Positions 1 through 8,876 of a stretch of DNA of 64,000 nucleotides are shown here, piece by piece (within the stretch, counting starts at the first letter, position 1; every line of letters starts with the position of its first letter). The translations under genes were made by a program, and so were the position numbers. The notes under the pieces were generated by a model. That model was not told the origin of the DNA, ran no database searches, and saw only the letters and a list, made by a program, of their open reading frames with translations. Where the stretch lies: IMG/VR virus record IMGVR_UViG_3300042273_000539, one strand, 5' to 3'. This DNA is from an uncultured virus (IMG/VR IMGVR_UViG_3300042273_000539). Its lineage: Duplodnaviria > Heunggongvirae > Uroviricota > Caudoviricetes.

Positions 1-834
1 AGATACATTATCAGATTGCAGAAAAATAGAAAAATCTTCTGGCTCATCTATTATCCTATTAGAATATATACTTTTATAACTTTCTATGTTATTTTCTGTT
101 ATTTCTTTTTCAAATTTTACAGCAGTTGATTTGAAAACAGATACTAAATTTTTTATAGTATTAAAAGAAGTATTATCTGTTTCTGTGGTATCATAAAAAA
201 ATTTATATTTACTTAAGTTGACAGAGGGAACAAGTGTAAATGGATCTTCAAAATGTATTTTTAAAGAATCAAATTTAATATCTATTTTTGCAGATATTTC
301 ATCAAAGAAATCATATATATGATTTTCTATTACAGTCGTTTTTTCAACTGTTGTTGATGCATCTATATATTCTTGTGAAGAACTTAATGTAGAAAAATAA
401 TCAAAACAAGAAAAAGTAGGGTATATGACTTCATCAAAATTATTATATGTATCAAAATTTATAGAATCTACATTATAAATAGAAAAATACAATAATCTTA
501 TTATTAAATCTTTATATTTATTCGGTTCAGATAAAAAATCGTCTCCAAAAACTTTAAGCATTGATGAGGGATTATAATTATTCACTCCATAGGGGTAAAA
601 TTCATTTAAGAAGTCATCCCTATTAAGTATTTCATTTCTTATTCCAATAGATTCCGAATAAGATTTATTAATCCAGTTAGATTTATATTCATCTAATGAT
701 TTATTAAATACCTCTACGGTATTTTTTATATAGTTATTATGTCCACTTATTCCAGCTACTATTCCTAGAAAACCTTCATACCAGTAAAATTTGTATTGAG
801 ATAAATCTTCATGTAAAATTTTGTAGTTTGCCAT
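1..834 (-). CDS. Hypothetical protein, truncated by the window edge (MANYKILHEDLSQYKFYWYEG...), probably late/structural
   Basis: Manual translation is open from ATG at 834 to position 1; not in the ORF track; AAAGATA motif 5 nt upstream. Confidence 0.7.
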   Translation of the reverse strand, partial: MANYKILHEDLSQYKFYWYEGFLGIVAGISGHNNYIKNTVEVFNKSLDEYKSNWINKSYSESIGIRNEILNRDDFLNEFYPYGVNNYNPSSMLKVFGDDFLSEPNKYKDLIIRLLYFSIYNVDSINFDTYNNFDEVIYPTFSCFDYFSTLSSSQEYIDASTTVEKTTVIENHIYDFFDEISAKIDIKFDSLKIHFEDPFTLVPSVNLSKYKFFYDTTETDNTSFNTIKNLVSVFKSTAVKFEKEITENNIESYKSIYSNRIIDEPEDFSIFLQSDNVS

Positions 835-877
835 ACGTTTATCTTTTCCTGGAAAAGGTTTGCCAGTAATATTTCTC

Positions 878-906
878 TTGACAAAAATATAAAAATAGAA
901 TATACT
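878..906 (+). promoter_or_regulatory. Sigma70-type early promoter
   Basis: TTGACA-17-TATACT with the shared spacer consensus. Confidence 0.8.
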
Positions 907-1033
907 ATATCAGTAAAGTTAATGATACTTATATAATAAAAGAGGAGGATGTAGATGGTAAAAATCAAACGTAGTTTTGGATGAAAAGGATAACATTTAA
1001 ATTCCTCCCATATTTTTTCAAAGAGGAGGATTT

Positions 1034-1600
1034 ATGAAAAATATAAAAAAAATGATGGCTATGCTTATGATTGTAGCCATAATGTTTGGTGGAATGGTAT
1101 TTGGGGTTAGTTTGGATGACACAAATATTCTATTAAAAACTACTGTAAATGGAGTAAGTGAAATAGGGGTTTATCCAAGTGCTATTACCTCTAAAGCTGC
1201 TTTACCTACAACTGGCGTAGTTTCAGAAGTAGATTTAGGAACAATAGATTTTTCTAGCACTAGTTCAATAGTTTCTGACACTTATTATTTAGCTATAAGA
1301 ACTAATCAAAAAAATGATACAACTTTATCTATTTCTTTTGACAACATGAATGGTACAACTTATTATAGTACTAACGAACTTAAATTTAATGTAAATATGT
1401 TAGTGGCAGGAAGTAATACTACATATTCTTCAACTTCATCTAGTACTGCTTCTACTACTATAACTAGAACTATTCCTGGTGGCAGTGGATTAAGGATATA
1501 TAACTATCCGTTCCGGTTTGAAATAACTTCTGAATACTATGAAGTTGCTTCACCCGATACATATGAGACTACTATAACATTTAATTATACATCGCCATAA
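1034..1600 (+). CDS. Secreted Ser/Thr-rich beta-sandwich protein (fimbrial/adhesin-subunit-like)
   Basis: GAGGAG RBS; basic N-terminus plus hydrophobic signal peptide; C-terminal DTYETTITFNY strand resembles pilin-like Ig folds. Confidence 0.55.
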   Translation: MKNIKKMMAMLMIVAIMFGGMVFGVSLDDTNILLKTTVNGVSEIGVYPSAITSKAALPTTGVVSEVDLGTIDFSSTSSIVSDTYYLAIRTNQKNDTTLSISFDNMNGTTYYSTNELKFNVNMLVAGSNTTYSSTSSSTASTTITRTIPGGSGLRIYNYPFRFEITSEYYEVASPDTYETTITFNYTSP

Positions 1601-1611
1601 AAGAGGAAAAT

Positions 1612-1833
1612 ATGAAAACAGAAGTAAAATGGATTGCAAAAAACGATAGTTTTGTAATAAATGAAGTAGAATATTCAAGGGAAGAAGCAAAAGATTTATA
1701 TGATGCTTTGGCAGTTCATTTTGAACCAGTCTTTATACCTTCGTTCTATACTACCGATACAATGGAAACAAATATAGATAGTGTTGGTGGTTCTATTACT
1801 TATACTACTGGCGGTAATCCACAAAATTACTAA
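1612..1833 (+). CDS. Hypothetical protein
   Basis: GAGG RBS; ends just before a terminator. Confidence 0.6.
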   Translation: MKTEVKWIAKNDSFVINEVEYSREEAKDLYDALAVHFEPVFIPSFYTTDTMETNIDSVGGSITYTTGGNPQNY

Positions 1834-1837
1834 AAAT

Positions 1838-1867
1838 AAAAAGAGGAGATTTAAATCTCCTCTTTTT
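1838..1867. terminator. Bidirectional intrinsic terminator
   Basis: Palindrome AAAAAGAGGAGATTT/AAATCTCCTCTTTTT between convergent genes. Confidence 0.85.
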
Positions 1868-2484
1868 TATAATTGATTATCCTGGCCTTGAGTTGCTGAT
1901 TGTATTGGAGTAGTAGCACTCCTTGTTCCAGATTGTATAGGTATAGCTTGCTGTGCCATAATAATCCTATCTTTTAACTCTTCCGGATAATAAGAAATAC
2001 GAACATTTGACCTATTAATATATTCTGGGGTAAGTTGAGCGTTTAACGCTTGTATAAATGGATCTTCTGATTGATATTGTAATTTACCTAATGCGGTAAA
2101 ACCAGCACTAACCATTCTTGGATTTTGAATAAACTGTGTGAAATACATCCTATAGCATCTTTTTATAATAGATGGTCTTTGCATTTTTATCATTTGATAT
2201 AATGTCCTTCCATCTATTACTTGATTTCCTTTTTTAAGAAGATATATCATTCTACCAAACCACATCTTATCGTCATTACTCATATAATGAAGGTTTATAC
2301 CGTGAGTATATCTCATTCCAGAATACATGACAAAAATCATAGGAGTTGGATCATGTTTAAAATTTAAATAAGTAAAAGAAACCATAGTTCCATAATAAAG
2401 AGTTCCAAATGCTCTGCTCGCCATGTAAGAAAACCTACTTCCCAAGGTTCTTACACGATTTACTACCCAACTAACTATATTCAT
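1867..2484 (-). CDS. T4 gp2-like DNA end protector protein
   Basis: PMIFV...HGINLHYM resembles the gp2 P-L-I-F...G-x-N-L-H-Y motif; IKRCYRMY segment. Confidence 0.65.
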   Translation of the reverse strand: MNIVSWVVNRVRTLGSRFSYMASRAFGTLYYGTMVSFTYLNFKHDPTPMIFVMYSGMRYTHGINLHYMSNDDKMWFGRMIYLLKKGNQVIDGRTLYQMIKMQRPSIIKRCYRMYFTQFIQNPRMVSAGFTALGKLQYQSEDPFIQALNAQLTPEYINRSNVRISYYPEELKDRIIMAQQAIPIQSGTRSATTPIQSATQGQDNQL

Positions 2485-3488
2485 GTATATTTATTAATCC
2501 TTTTGTTTATTTCTTTTTTATATTTTTCATTAACGAAAAATCTTCTTAAAGATCCATTTTTTAGATTAAAAATAAACATTGAAGCAGTAATTTTTGGTAG
2601 TGATAGCTCATTTTCTTTTGTCTTTACATATCCTTTAGGGTCTTCTACTATTATTATTTTTATACCAAGATTATTAAAAAATTCTATTTTTTTTAAAGCA
2701 AATTCATTTGCTTTTTTAAATTGCTCTATATCTTTTTTATTGTTTTCTCTCATTGGCTCTAAATGAAATCTTCCATCCCATAAAACAGCTATTTTTTGAC
2801 CAGGAACCTCTAAATATAAATCGGCATCAGCTTTACTGATTACTGTTTTTCCTGAATTATTTTTATATTTTATTTCTCCTAATATTTTATTTTTTTCTAA
2901 TATATATTCTCCTGGATAATTTTCTTTTAAATATTTTTCTACTTCATTGAAAAAATTATTTTCATTAATGCTTGTATTGTGTAATTTAGGGTATAAACTT
3001 CTTATTTTTTCTATTTCTTGTTTAGAAAAAAATCTTTCCAGTCCTCTTTTTTCTTGACTTCTTTCTAAATTAAATTCAATTGATAGCGTATTCTTTCTTG
3101 CTATTTTATATAACTCTTCCATATTACCGCTTTCTTTAATTTTTGCTAAAAAATCTAAAAACCTATTATACCCTTCTGAAGTTTGAGTTGTTCTTATTCT
3201 AGATATACTTCTATATTTATTTTCAAATTCTTCTATTTTTTCTTCTGGCAAAACTTTTTCTTTCTTTAGTTCATCCAGTGCTTTAAAAAACTCTTTTCTT
3301 CCATCACTTTTATAAAATTCTTTTAAAAAATTTGTTTTTCCGATTCTTCTAATTTGTGTTAAAAGTTGTTCTTCTTTATTGTTATACAGATACTTTCTTA
3401 AATATTCTTTAAGGCTTTCTCTTGCTGTTTTGCTTTTTACTTCTGTTTCTTCTATTAAAAGAAAAAAGTTTTTTTCTAGATTATTCAT
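2481..3488 (-). CDS. Protein with C-terminal Vsr/DUF559-like PD-(D/E)XK nuclease domain
   Basis: ADADLYL...KIAVLWDGRFH...GIKIIIV pattern; likely start MNNLEKNFFLLIEE at 3488. Confidence 0.5.
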   Translation of the reverse strand: MNNLEKNFFLLIEETEVKSKTARESLKEYLRKYLYNNKEEQLLTQIRRIGKTNFLKEFYKSDGRKEFFKALDELKKEKVLPEEKIEEFENKYRSISRIRTTQTSEGYNRFLDFLAKIKESGNMEELYKIARKNTLSIEFNLERSQEKRGLERFFSKQEIEKIRSLYPKLHNTSINENNFFNEVEKYLKENYPGEYILEKNKILGEIKYKNNSGKTVISKADADLYLEVPGQKIAVLWDGRFHLEPMRENNKKDIEQFKKANEFALKKIEFFNNLGIKIIIVEDPKGYVKTKENELSLPKITASMFIFNLKNGSLRRFFVNEKYKKEINKRINKYT

Positions 3489-3503
3489 ATACATATCTTT
3501 ACT

Positions 3504-3533
3504 AAAAAAGGAGGGTTTAAACCCTCCTTTTTT
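3504..3533. terminator. Intrinsic terminator
   Basis: Palindrome AAAAAAGGAGGGTTT/AAACCCTCCTTTTTT. Confidence 0.85.
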
Positions 3534-5263
3534 TATTTCATTTCGTAATCTTCCCTGTCTTGCGGGATAACTACATCTTTATATTTTTCATTAAGTTCTT
3601 TTATTACAAAGGATTTTATAAATTCTATAGCATCCTTTCTTAAAGTTCCCTCTTCTTTCTTTCCTTCAAGTTCTTTAAGCCTACCTTCTTTGTTTGCCAT
3701 AAGATTTTTCTTTACATCTTTTTTGCGTTTCGTAGCAGATACTCTACTTTTATAATCTTTAAGATATTTTGTCTCTGCTCTTTCAGCTCCTGACATGGAT
3801 GCTGCACCTAAAGTAGTAAGACCAGAAATATTCCAAATGGTTTTGTGACCACCACTTTCTTTTCTAATAATATCCCAAGCCCACTTATTACTAAAAGAAC
3901 CATATTTTCTTTCAGCAGCATCAACTGCTCTTTTTGCTATGTCACCTAAATCAACTTGTTTCTTTATTTCAGGTGGAAGCTCTGCATTTCCTTGTATTTG
4001 TATTAAGAATGGATATTCTTTTATAATAAATGGAAATTTTTTTCCTTCCTTTGAAACCAACCCACCTAAATACCTTGGAGGATTTGCTTTTATAGATTGT
4101 GCTTTTTGTACTAATACATTTCCATGAACAGTAAAATCTTTTCTTTCTCCACTTACGTTTCCTTCTTTGCTTTCTAAATCTTTCTTTCTCATTTGATCTA
4201 AAGAAGAAACTGGTTTTACATATTTACTCGCCCCACTTCTTAACATTTTCTTTTTTTCACTAGGAGTAAATCCTTTAGATAATTCTTCAATCATTTCCCA
4301 ATCTGGTTCTTCTTTTTTTAACTGGCTAAAAATCTTAAGTTGATTATCGTTTAATTTACTTATCCTTAAAGCATTATTATATACTGAAATAAGGCTGGGT
4401 GCTGTTTCTTTTACTAGTTTAGTAGCTATGGCTTTGTTAGATTTGATAATAGTAGTAACCATTGCATTAATCATAACTGCTAATCGTTCTTTTCTTCCTT
4501 TTCCTTTTAAATTTTTAGACATAGAGATAGTATTTTCCACATCTTTATATGTTGCGCTATCTACTACACTAATTTCTTTTACGTCTTCCCAGTTCATCAT
4601 ATTTTGAGCAGAAACAGTTGCAATATGTTCTGTATCTGATTTAAAACTTGTTTTTCCTATATTACCAGCCTTACCTTTTGTCAAATCACCTTTTGTATTG
4701 TCGTGGTGGTCTGATGCGTAATCCAAATCTGCTATTTTTACTTTATTTAAATCATCACCAGGTTTATAATTTTTTAATCCTTTCATAAATGTAGTAAGTT
4801 GAGTATCTACTTTTTCTCTGTTTTTTAAGATATCAGCATCTGGACCTACTTCTCTTTCTATAAATTCTGCTACTTCTTTAGATGAAGGGGTTCTACCTTT
4901 ATCTAAATAAACTCTCTTAAATTTATCAAAAGTTTTACTATATTTGGTAGCAAACCCTTCTTTAACGCCACCAGAGCTTCTTGCTAAAATATTATATAAA
5001 TACTCTAGGTCTGCTACCGGAAAAGCTGAAAAGTCCACTGACAGTACTGCCTGGTGCCTATTCTTCCTTGTGGCTTTATCTAGCAAATCAGAATCTCCAT
5101 ATTGTACCCACTGAACGTCTATTCTGTCTTTTGGTATTCCTTGTTTTTCAAGTTGATTTACAGTTAATAAGGCAGACATAAATCCATCCATATCGCTATG
5201 TGCTAATACTTTTGCTGATTTTGCACCTTTTGGTAATCTTATACCACTTTCATTTAATAACAT
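3533..5263 (-). CDS. DHH/DHHA1-family phosphoesterase
   Basis: AHSDMDGFMSA (motif I), SVDFS, SDHHD (DHH), SVVDSA, C-terminal SGGHK. Confidence 0.8.
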   Translation of the reverse strand: MLLNESGIRLPKGAKSAKVLAHSDMDGFMSALLTVNQLEKQGIPKDRIDVQWVQYGDSDLLDKATRKNRHQAVLSVDFSAFPVADLEYLYNILARSSGGVKEGFATKYSKTFDKFKRVYLDKGRTPSSKEVAEFIEREVGPDADILKNREKVDTQLTTFMKGLKNYKPGDDLNKVKIADLDYASDHHDNTKGDLTKGKAGNIGKTSFKSDTEHIATVSAQNMMNWEDVKEISVVDSATYKDVENTISMSKNLKGKGRKERLAVMINAMVTTIIKSNKAIATKLVKETAPSLISVYNNALRISKLNDNQLKIFSQLKKEEPDWEMIEELSKGFTPSEKKKMLRSGASKYVKPVSSLDQMRKKDLESKEGNVSGERKDFTVHGNVLVQKAQSIKANPPRYLGGLVSKEGKKFPFIIKEYPFLIQIQGNAELPPEIKKQVDLGDIAKRAVDAAERKYGSFSNKWAWDIIRKESGGHKTIWNISGLTTLGAASMSGAERAETKYLKDYKSRVSATKRKKDVKKNLMANKEGRLKELEGKKEEGTLRKDAIEFIKSFVIKELNEKYKDVVIPQDREDYEMK

Positions 5264-5277
5264 ATATCTATATCTCC

Positions 5278-6183
5278 TTATTTATTACCTTCAAGCCATT
5301 TGTCCATTTCTTTTTTTCTGTTTACATCTTTTATTATTTTATCAAAAATTTTATCTTTTACAAAAAGTTCTGGTCTTTTAATCATATATGGGTAAAGTTT
5401 TTCATATGTGCTCGTTTCAAGACTATAAAATTTAAGAAATCGTATTTTCATAAATTCTTTCTTTACTGGTATTCCTTTTGTTTTGTTATCATTATAGTGA
5501 AATCTTTCTTCTGATTCCCTTTGCGAATGAAGATTTTTTAATTTCACTAATGAATTAAAAATACTACGTAAAAAATATATAACTTTTTCTACAATTTCTT
5601 CCTCTACTTTATATTTATCTTTTAAGTATTTCTTTATTTTTATCATATCAGGATCTTCATTACTATACATAAATGATTTTTTTGTTTCTATTTTTCCTTT
5701 CTTGTTTTTTAGTATATTATTTATAAATCCTTCTAAATCTTTTTGGAAATCTTTTAGCTCTACACCTTTATTATTTTGATAAATTTGATACTTTTCAAAT
5801 AGTACTTTAAAGTGTTCATTTATAAATTTTCTATCTGCAATATTATATTCTGCAATAGGATATTTTTTAATACCTCTTGCTCCACTTTTTATTCTATCTG
5901 TAAATAAATAAATTTTTACATTACCTATATTTTCAGATAGTTCTTCCATTTTTTCTTTATATTTCTCTGGATCTTTTTTCTTTAAAGCTTTTATTCTTCT
6001 GTCTTCACTTCTTCTTAAAGTGGATATTTCTGAACTTTTTTTTAAAGTAAAAGAGTATATTGACCCTTTTAAATACCCATCTCTTAAAATAGATACTAAA
6101 TTATCTTCATTAGTATAATGAACATTATGTGGGAATTTATCTATGTCTTTTAATTCTTCCACTAATAGGTCAAAATTTATCAT
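5278..6183 (-). CDS. Putative ADP-ribosyltransferase-fold protein
   Basis: VHYTNEDNLVSILRDGYL (H-x-T..L.SI...G.L), ISTLR, ESEER match the three ART core motifs. Confidence 0.55.
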   Translation of the reverse strand: MINFDLLVEELKDIDKFPHNVHYTNEDNLVSILRDGYLKGSIYSFTLKKSSEISTLRRSEDRRIKALKKKDPEKYKEKMEELSENIGNVKIYLFTDRIKSGARGIKKYPIAEYNIADRKFINEHFKVLFEKYQIYQNNKGVELKDFQKDLEGFINNILKNKKGKIETKKSFMYSNEDPDMIKIKKYLKDKYKVEEEIVEKVIYFLRSIFNSLVKLKNLHSQRESEERFHYNDNKTKGIPVKKEFMKIRFLKFYSLETSTYEKLYPYMIKRPELFVKDKIFDKIIKDVNRKKEMDKWLEGNK

Positions 6184-6962
6184 CTTATTTTCCTATTATA
6201 AATTCTTTTTATCTGATTTTTTGCATCATATATTTCTTTTATAGATTTTTCCCTATTGGGGTTTGTTAAGTAATCTCCGAATATTCCGTATATATCTTCC
6301 TGAACATATTTTCCTTTATGCTCATAATCAAGGGCTACTTTATACCCTTCTAAAAGAGTTATTCTCACTTTTATTTTTTTATCTTGCAGTGGAACTTCTA
6401 CATAAACAGGTTTATCAAAAGAACGACTTTTTACAGCTTCTGAAATTTTTCTTGTTATAATATGTATTGCTTTTAAAGATTGATACTTATCTCTATTATT
6501 ATGTAGAGGCATATATTTTTCGCCAACACTTTTATCTTTTATTTGTTTTACTTTTACAATATCTCCAAGCTCTTTTTTAATAAATTTAAGGACTTCAATA
6601 GGTAAATTACTATCACTAATATTTGAATCCAAATATCTTACTGTATTTCCATAACTACTTATTATTTTTAAAGAACCTCTAGTAGTAGCCATTATAAAAT
6701 TCCAGTCTTTTTCTTTTTCTTTAAAAGCAACTATATGTCTTTGTGAAGGACCAAAAAACTTTTTTTGGTCTAAATAATCTAATCCAACTTGTTTTCTTTG
6801 TGCATTAAATTGAGAATTTCCTTTATTTAAATTTGTCATAAAAGATCTGTTTTTAGCATATTTAGCAAATAAACTATAACTATCTCTTTTGTTTAGAACT
6901 TTATATTCTCCAATTTTTATTGGGTGTATTATTTCACTTCTTTTTTCTTCTAGTATTAACAT
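6180..6962 (-). CDS. Hypothetical protein (probable start MLILEE at 6962)
   Basis: GAGGG RBS and AAAGATA motif upstream of ATG 6962; overlaps the next gene. Confidence 0.65.
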   Translation of the reverse strand: MLILEEKRSEIIHPIKIGEYKVLNKRDSYSLFAKYAKNRSFMTNLNKGNSQFNAQRKQVGLDYLDQKKFFGPSQRHIVAFKEKEKDWNFIMATTRGSLKIISSYGNTVRYLDSNISDSNLPIEVLKFIKKELGDIVKVKQIKDKSVGEKYMPLHNNRDKYQSLKAIHIITRKISEAVKSRSFDKPVYVEVPLQDKKIKVRITLLEGYKVALDYEHKGKYVQEDIYGIFGDYLTNPNREKSIKEIYDAKNQIKRIYNRKIR

Positions 6963-6995
6963 AAGTATCCCTCTTATGTATCTTTTCATTCTCAA

Positions 6996-7500
6996 ACAGT
7001 AAATGGTCTCAAAAATGCTTTAAAAGTAAAGCCAAAAAAAATCGCTTCTCATCACTTACATAGATCATATTAAAGAAAACCAGAAAGAACCTGAAAAAGT
7101 TAAGAAAGGTAAAAGAACTTGAAAAAGCGAGAAAAGACATTAAACAGAAGAAAGAAGCAAAACCAAGAGTAAAGTTAGCAAGTTTAAGAAGTAAAGTAAG
7201 TTAAAAAAATATAAAACTTAATCCAGTAAAGTGGTTTCCTCACTCGGTGCGGGACAAACGAAACTAAAGTGGAGTTCCCGCACCGAGAGAAACGGAAGCA
7301 TACAGAAAAGGAAAAAAAGGAATAAAAAAGTTTTTTTCGTGGAGGTCTGCTTTTTTACAAAAAGCCATTTTAAGAAAAAACTAGTAAAAGTAAGCTGCCT
7401 TTACTTAGTTTGAGCGAGTACGCTCAAACGCACAATGCTTCGCATTGCTGTTTTTTTCAAAAAAGTTTCACTTTTTTTCAAAAAATTTAAAGTATAAAAT
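6996..7500. other. Non-coding island with strong purine skew and several hairpins; candidate replication origin or structured RNA
   Basis: A/G-rich tract at about 7070-7330; stems 7243-7254/7276-7287, 7408-7416/7421-7429, 7433-7438/7442-7447; lies at a divergent transcription switch. Confidence 0.45.
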
Positions 7501-7528
7501 AGAAAACGTATATATTAAAGAGGAAAAT

Positions 7529-8434
7529 ATGGAAGAAAAATTAGAACAGGTTATTGATCCTTCTAAAATTAAAAATCTAACAAACACTGAAGAAAATAGT
7601 GCTATTCTTAAAGCTATAGAAAAAGCAAGAGAAGTTCAAAAAAAACCAGAACCAGTAGCTACTAATAAAGTAAGTAAGTTTAAATTTGTAGAATCTTCAA
7701 TAATAGATTTACCTTCAGGAGGAAAATTTTATGATCAAAATGATCCTGAACTATCTAAAGGTAAAATAAAAATATCCCCAATGACATTAAGAGAAGAAGA
7801 GATAATGTCTACAAGAAGGTATATTGAAGATGGAACTGCTACTTTATTGGCTTTAGATAATTGTATAGAATCTAATGTAAAATCAGAAGATTTACTTCTA
7901 TATGATTATCCTTATTTATTATTTTATTTAAAGAAAATTTCTTATGAAGACGAACATAAATTTCAAGTTCAATGTCCTTATTGTTTAACAGATTTTGAGG
8001 CAGGGTTCAAAATTTCAGAATTAAAATTTACTGAAGTTCCTGATTTCTTAAAAGATCCTTACAAAATTGATTTGCCAATAAGTAAATATTCAATTTTATT
8101 ATTTTTACCAAGGGTAAAGCATTTGAAAGAATTTGAAGATGTTCAAAAGAACATTCCATTTTCAGAAAAAGATTCTTTCAGTGGAATTTCTAAAATGTTT
8201 TCTATAAGAACGGCAGCTATAATAACAGATAAAGGACAAGAAGTTCCAAAAGAAGATTGGGAAGAATTTTATTCTTCTTTACCAACTAGAGATAGGCATG
8301 TTCTTACGGAAAAATCTACTTTTGATAATGGATTAAGTAAAGTAATGGATAATATTACTTGTCCAAACTGTAGTACTGTTATAGGAGGTGGCATCCCGAT
8401 AACGGATGATCTTTTTCGTTTTTCCGGAGAGTAA
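7529..8434 (+). CDS. T4 gp26-like baseplate hub / tail assembly chaperone
   Basis: IDLPSGGKFY, ISPMTLREEEIM, LLLYDYPYLLFYLKKISY, two CPxC motifs; RBS supports start at 7529. Confidence 0.75.
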   Translation: MEEKLEQVIDPSKIKNLTNTEENSAILKAIEKAREVQKKPEPVATNKVSKFKFVESSIIDLPSGGKFYDQNDPELSKGKIKISPMTLREEEIMSTRRYIEDGTATLLALDNCIESNVKSEDLLLYDYPYLLFYLKKISYEDEHKFQVQCPYCLTDFEAGFKISELKFTEVPDFLKDPYKIDLPISKYSILLFLPRVKHLKEFEDVQKNIPFSEKDSFSGISKMFSIRTAAIITDKGQEVPKEDWEEFYSSLPTRDRHVLTEKSTFDNGLSKVMDNITCPNCSTVIGGGIPITDDLFRFSGE

Positions 8435-8567
8435 TGTTTACCAAATAAAATCTTCTATTTTTTATTTAGTGAAGAATGGGTTTAGTATGGAAGAATGTTA
8501 TGCAATGGAATCTTCTGATTTTTATTTTTACTTGAAACAATTAAGAAGGTATTTAAAAAATGATTGA
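8406..8567 (+). CDS. gp51-like small tail/baseplate assembly protein (53 aa), not in the ORF track
   Basis: Manual translation MIFFVFPESNVYQIKSSIFYLVKNGFSMEECYAMESSDFYFYLKQLRRYLKND; overlaps the gp26 3' end in the +1 frame. Confidence 0.6.
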   Translation: MIFFVFPESNVYQIKSSIFYLVKNGFSMEECYAMESSDFYFYLKQLRRYLKND

Positions 8568-8592
8568 CAAAAAAGTAAAAAATTGATATAAT
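8564..8592 (+). promoter_or_regulatory. Sigma70-type early promoter, probably leaderless
   Basis: TTGACA-17-TATAAT; ATG 5 nt downstream. Confidence 0.85.
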
Positions 8593-8597
8593 AAAGT

Positions 8598-8816
8598 ATG
8601 GATAGCAGAAAAGTAGAAAAATTCGTAGGCGATTCTTTAGTTGAAACAAAATTCAAGTTTTTGAAGGAAGGAGATACATTCCTTTTAGATAGATTTGATA
8701 AAGTAGTTTATACAGCTACAGGATCTCCTTATCTATCGGAAGATGGAGTTTGGGGAATAGAAGCTACTCTTTCTGTAAAAGACACTGATAAAAATAAAAC
8801 GTCAATTGTTAATTGA
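8598..8816 (+). CDS. Hypothetical protein
   Basis: ORF between two promoters. Confidence 0.6.
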   Translation: MDSRKVEKFVGDSLVETKFKFLKEGDTFLLDRFDKVVYTATGSPYLSEDGVWGIEATLSVKDTDKNKTSIVN

Positions 8817-8841
8817 CAAAAATGTAAAAAAAATGTATTAT
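8813..8841 (+). promoter_or_regulatory. Sigma70-type early promoter
   Basis: TTGACA-17-TATTAT. Confidence 0.8.
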
Positions 8842-8876
8842 TAGTTAGAAGCGTAAAACGCACAAGGAGACGTAAA

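Noticed and set aside
765..968. 67-aa minus-strand ORF
   Set aside because: It overlaps promoters and the longer 1..834 ORF; low-complexity shadow frame.
7231..7413. 60-aa ORF in the non-coding island, and the 7445 start for gp26
   Set aside because: No RBS and it runs through hairpins; gp26 has an RBS-supported ATG at 7529.
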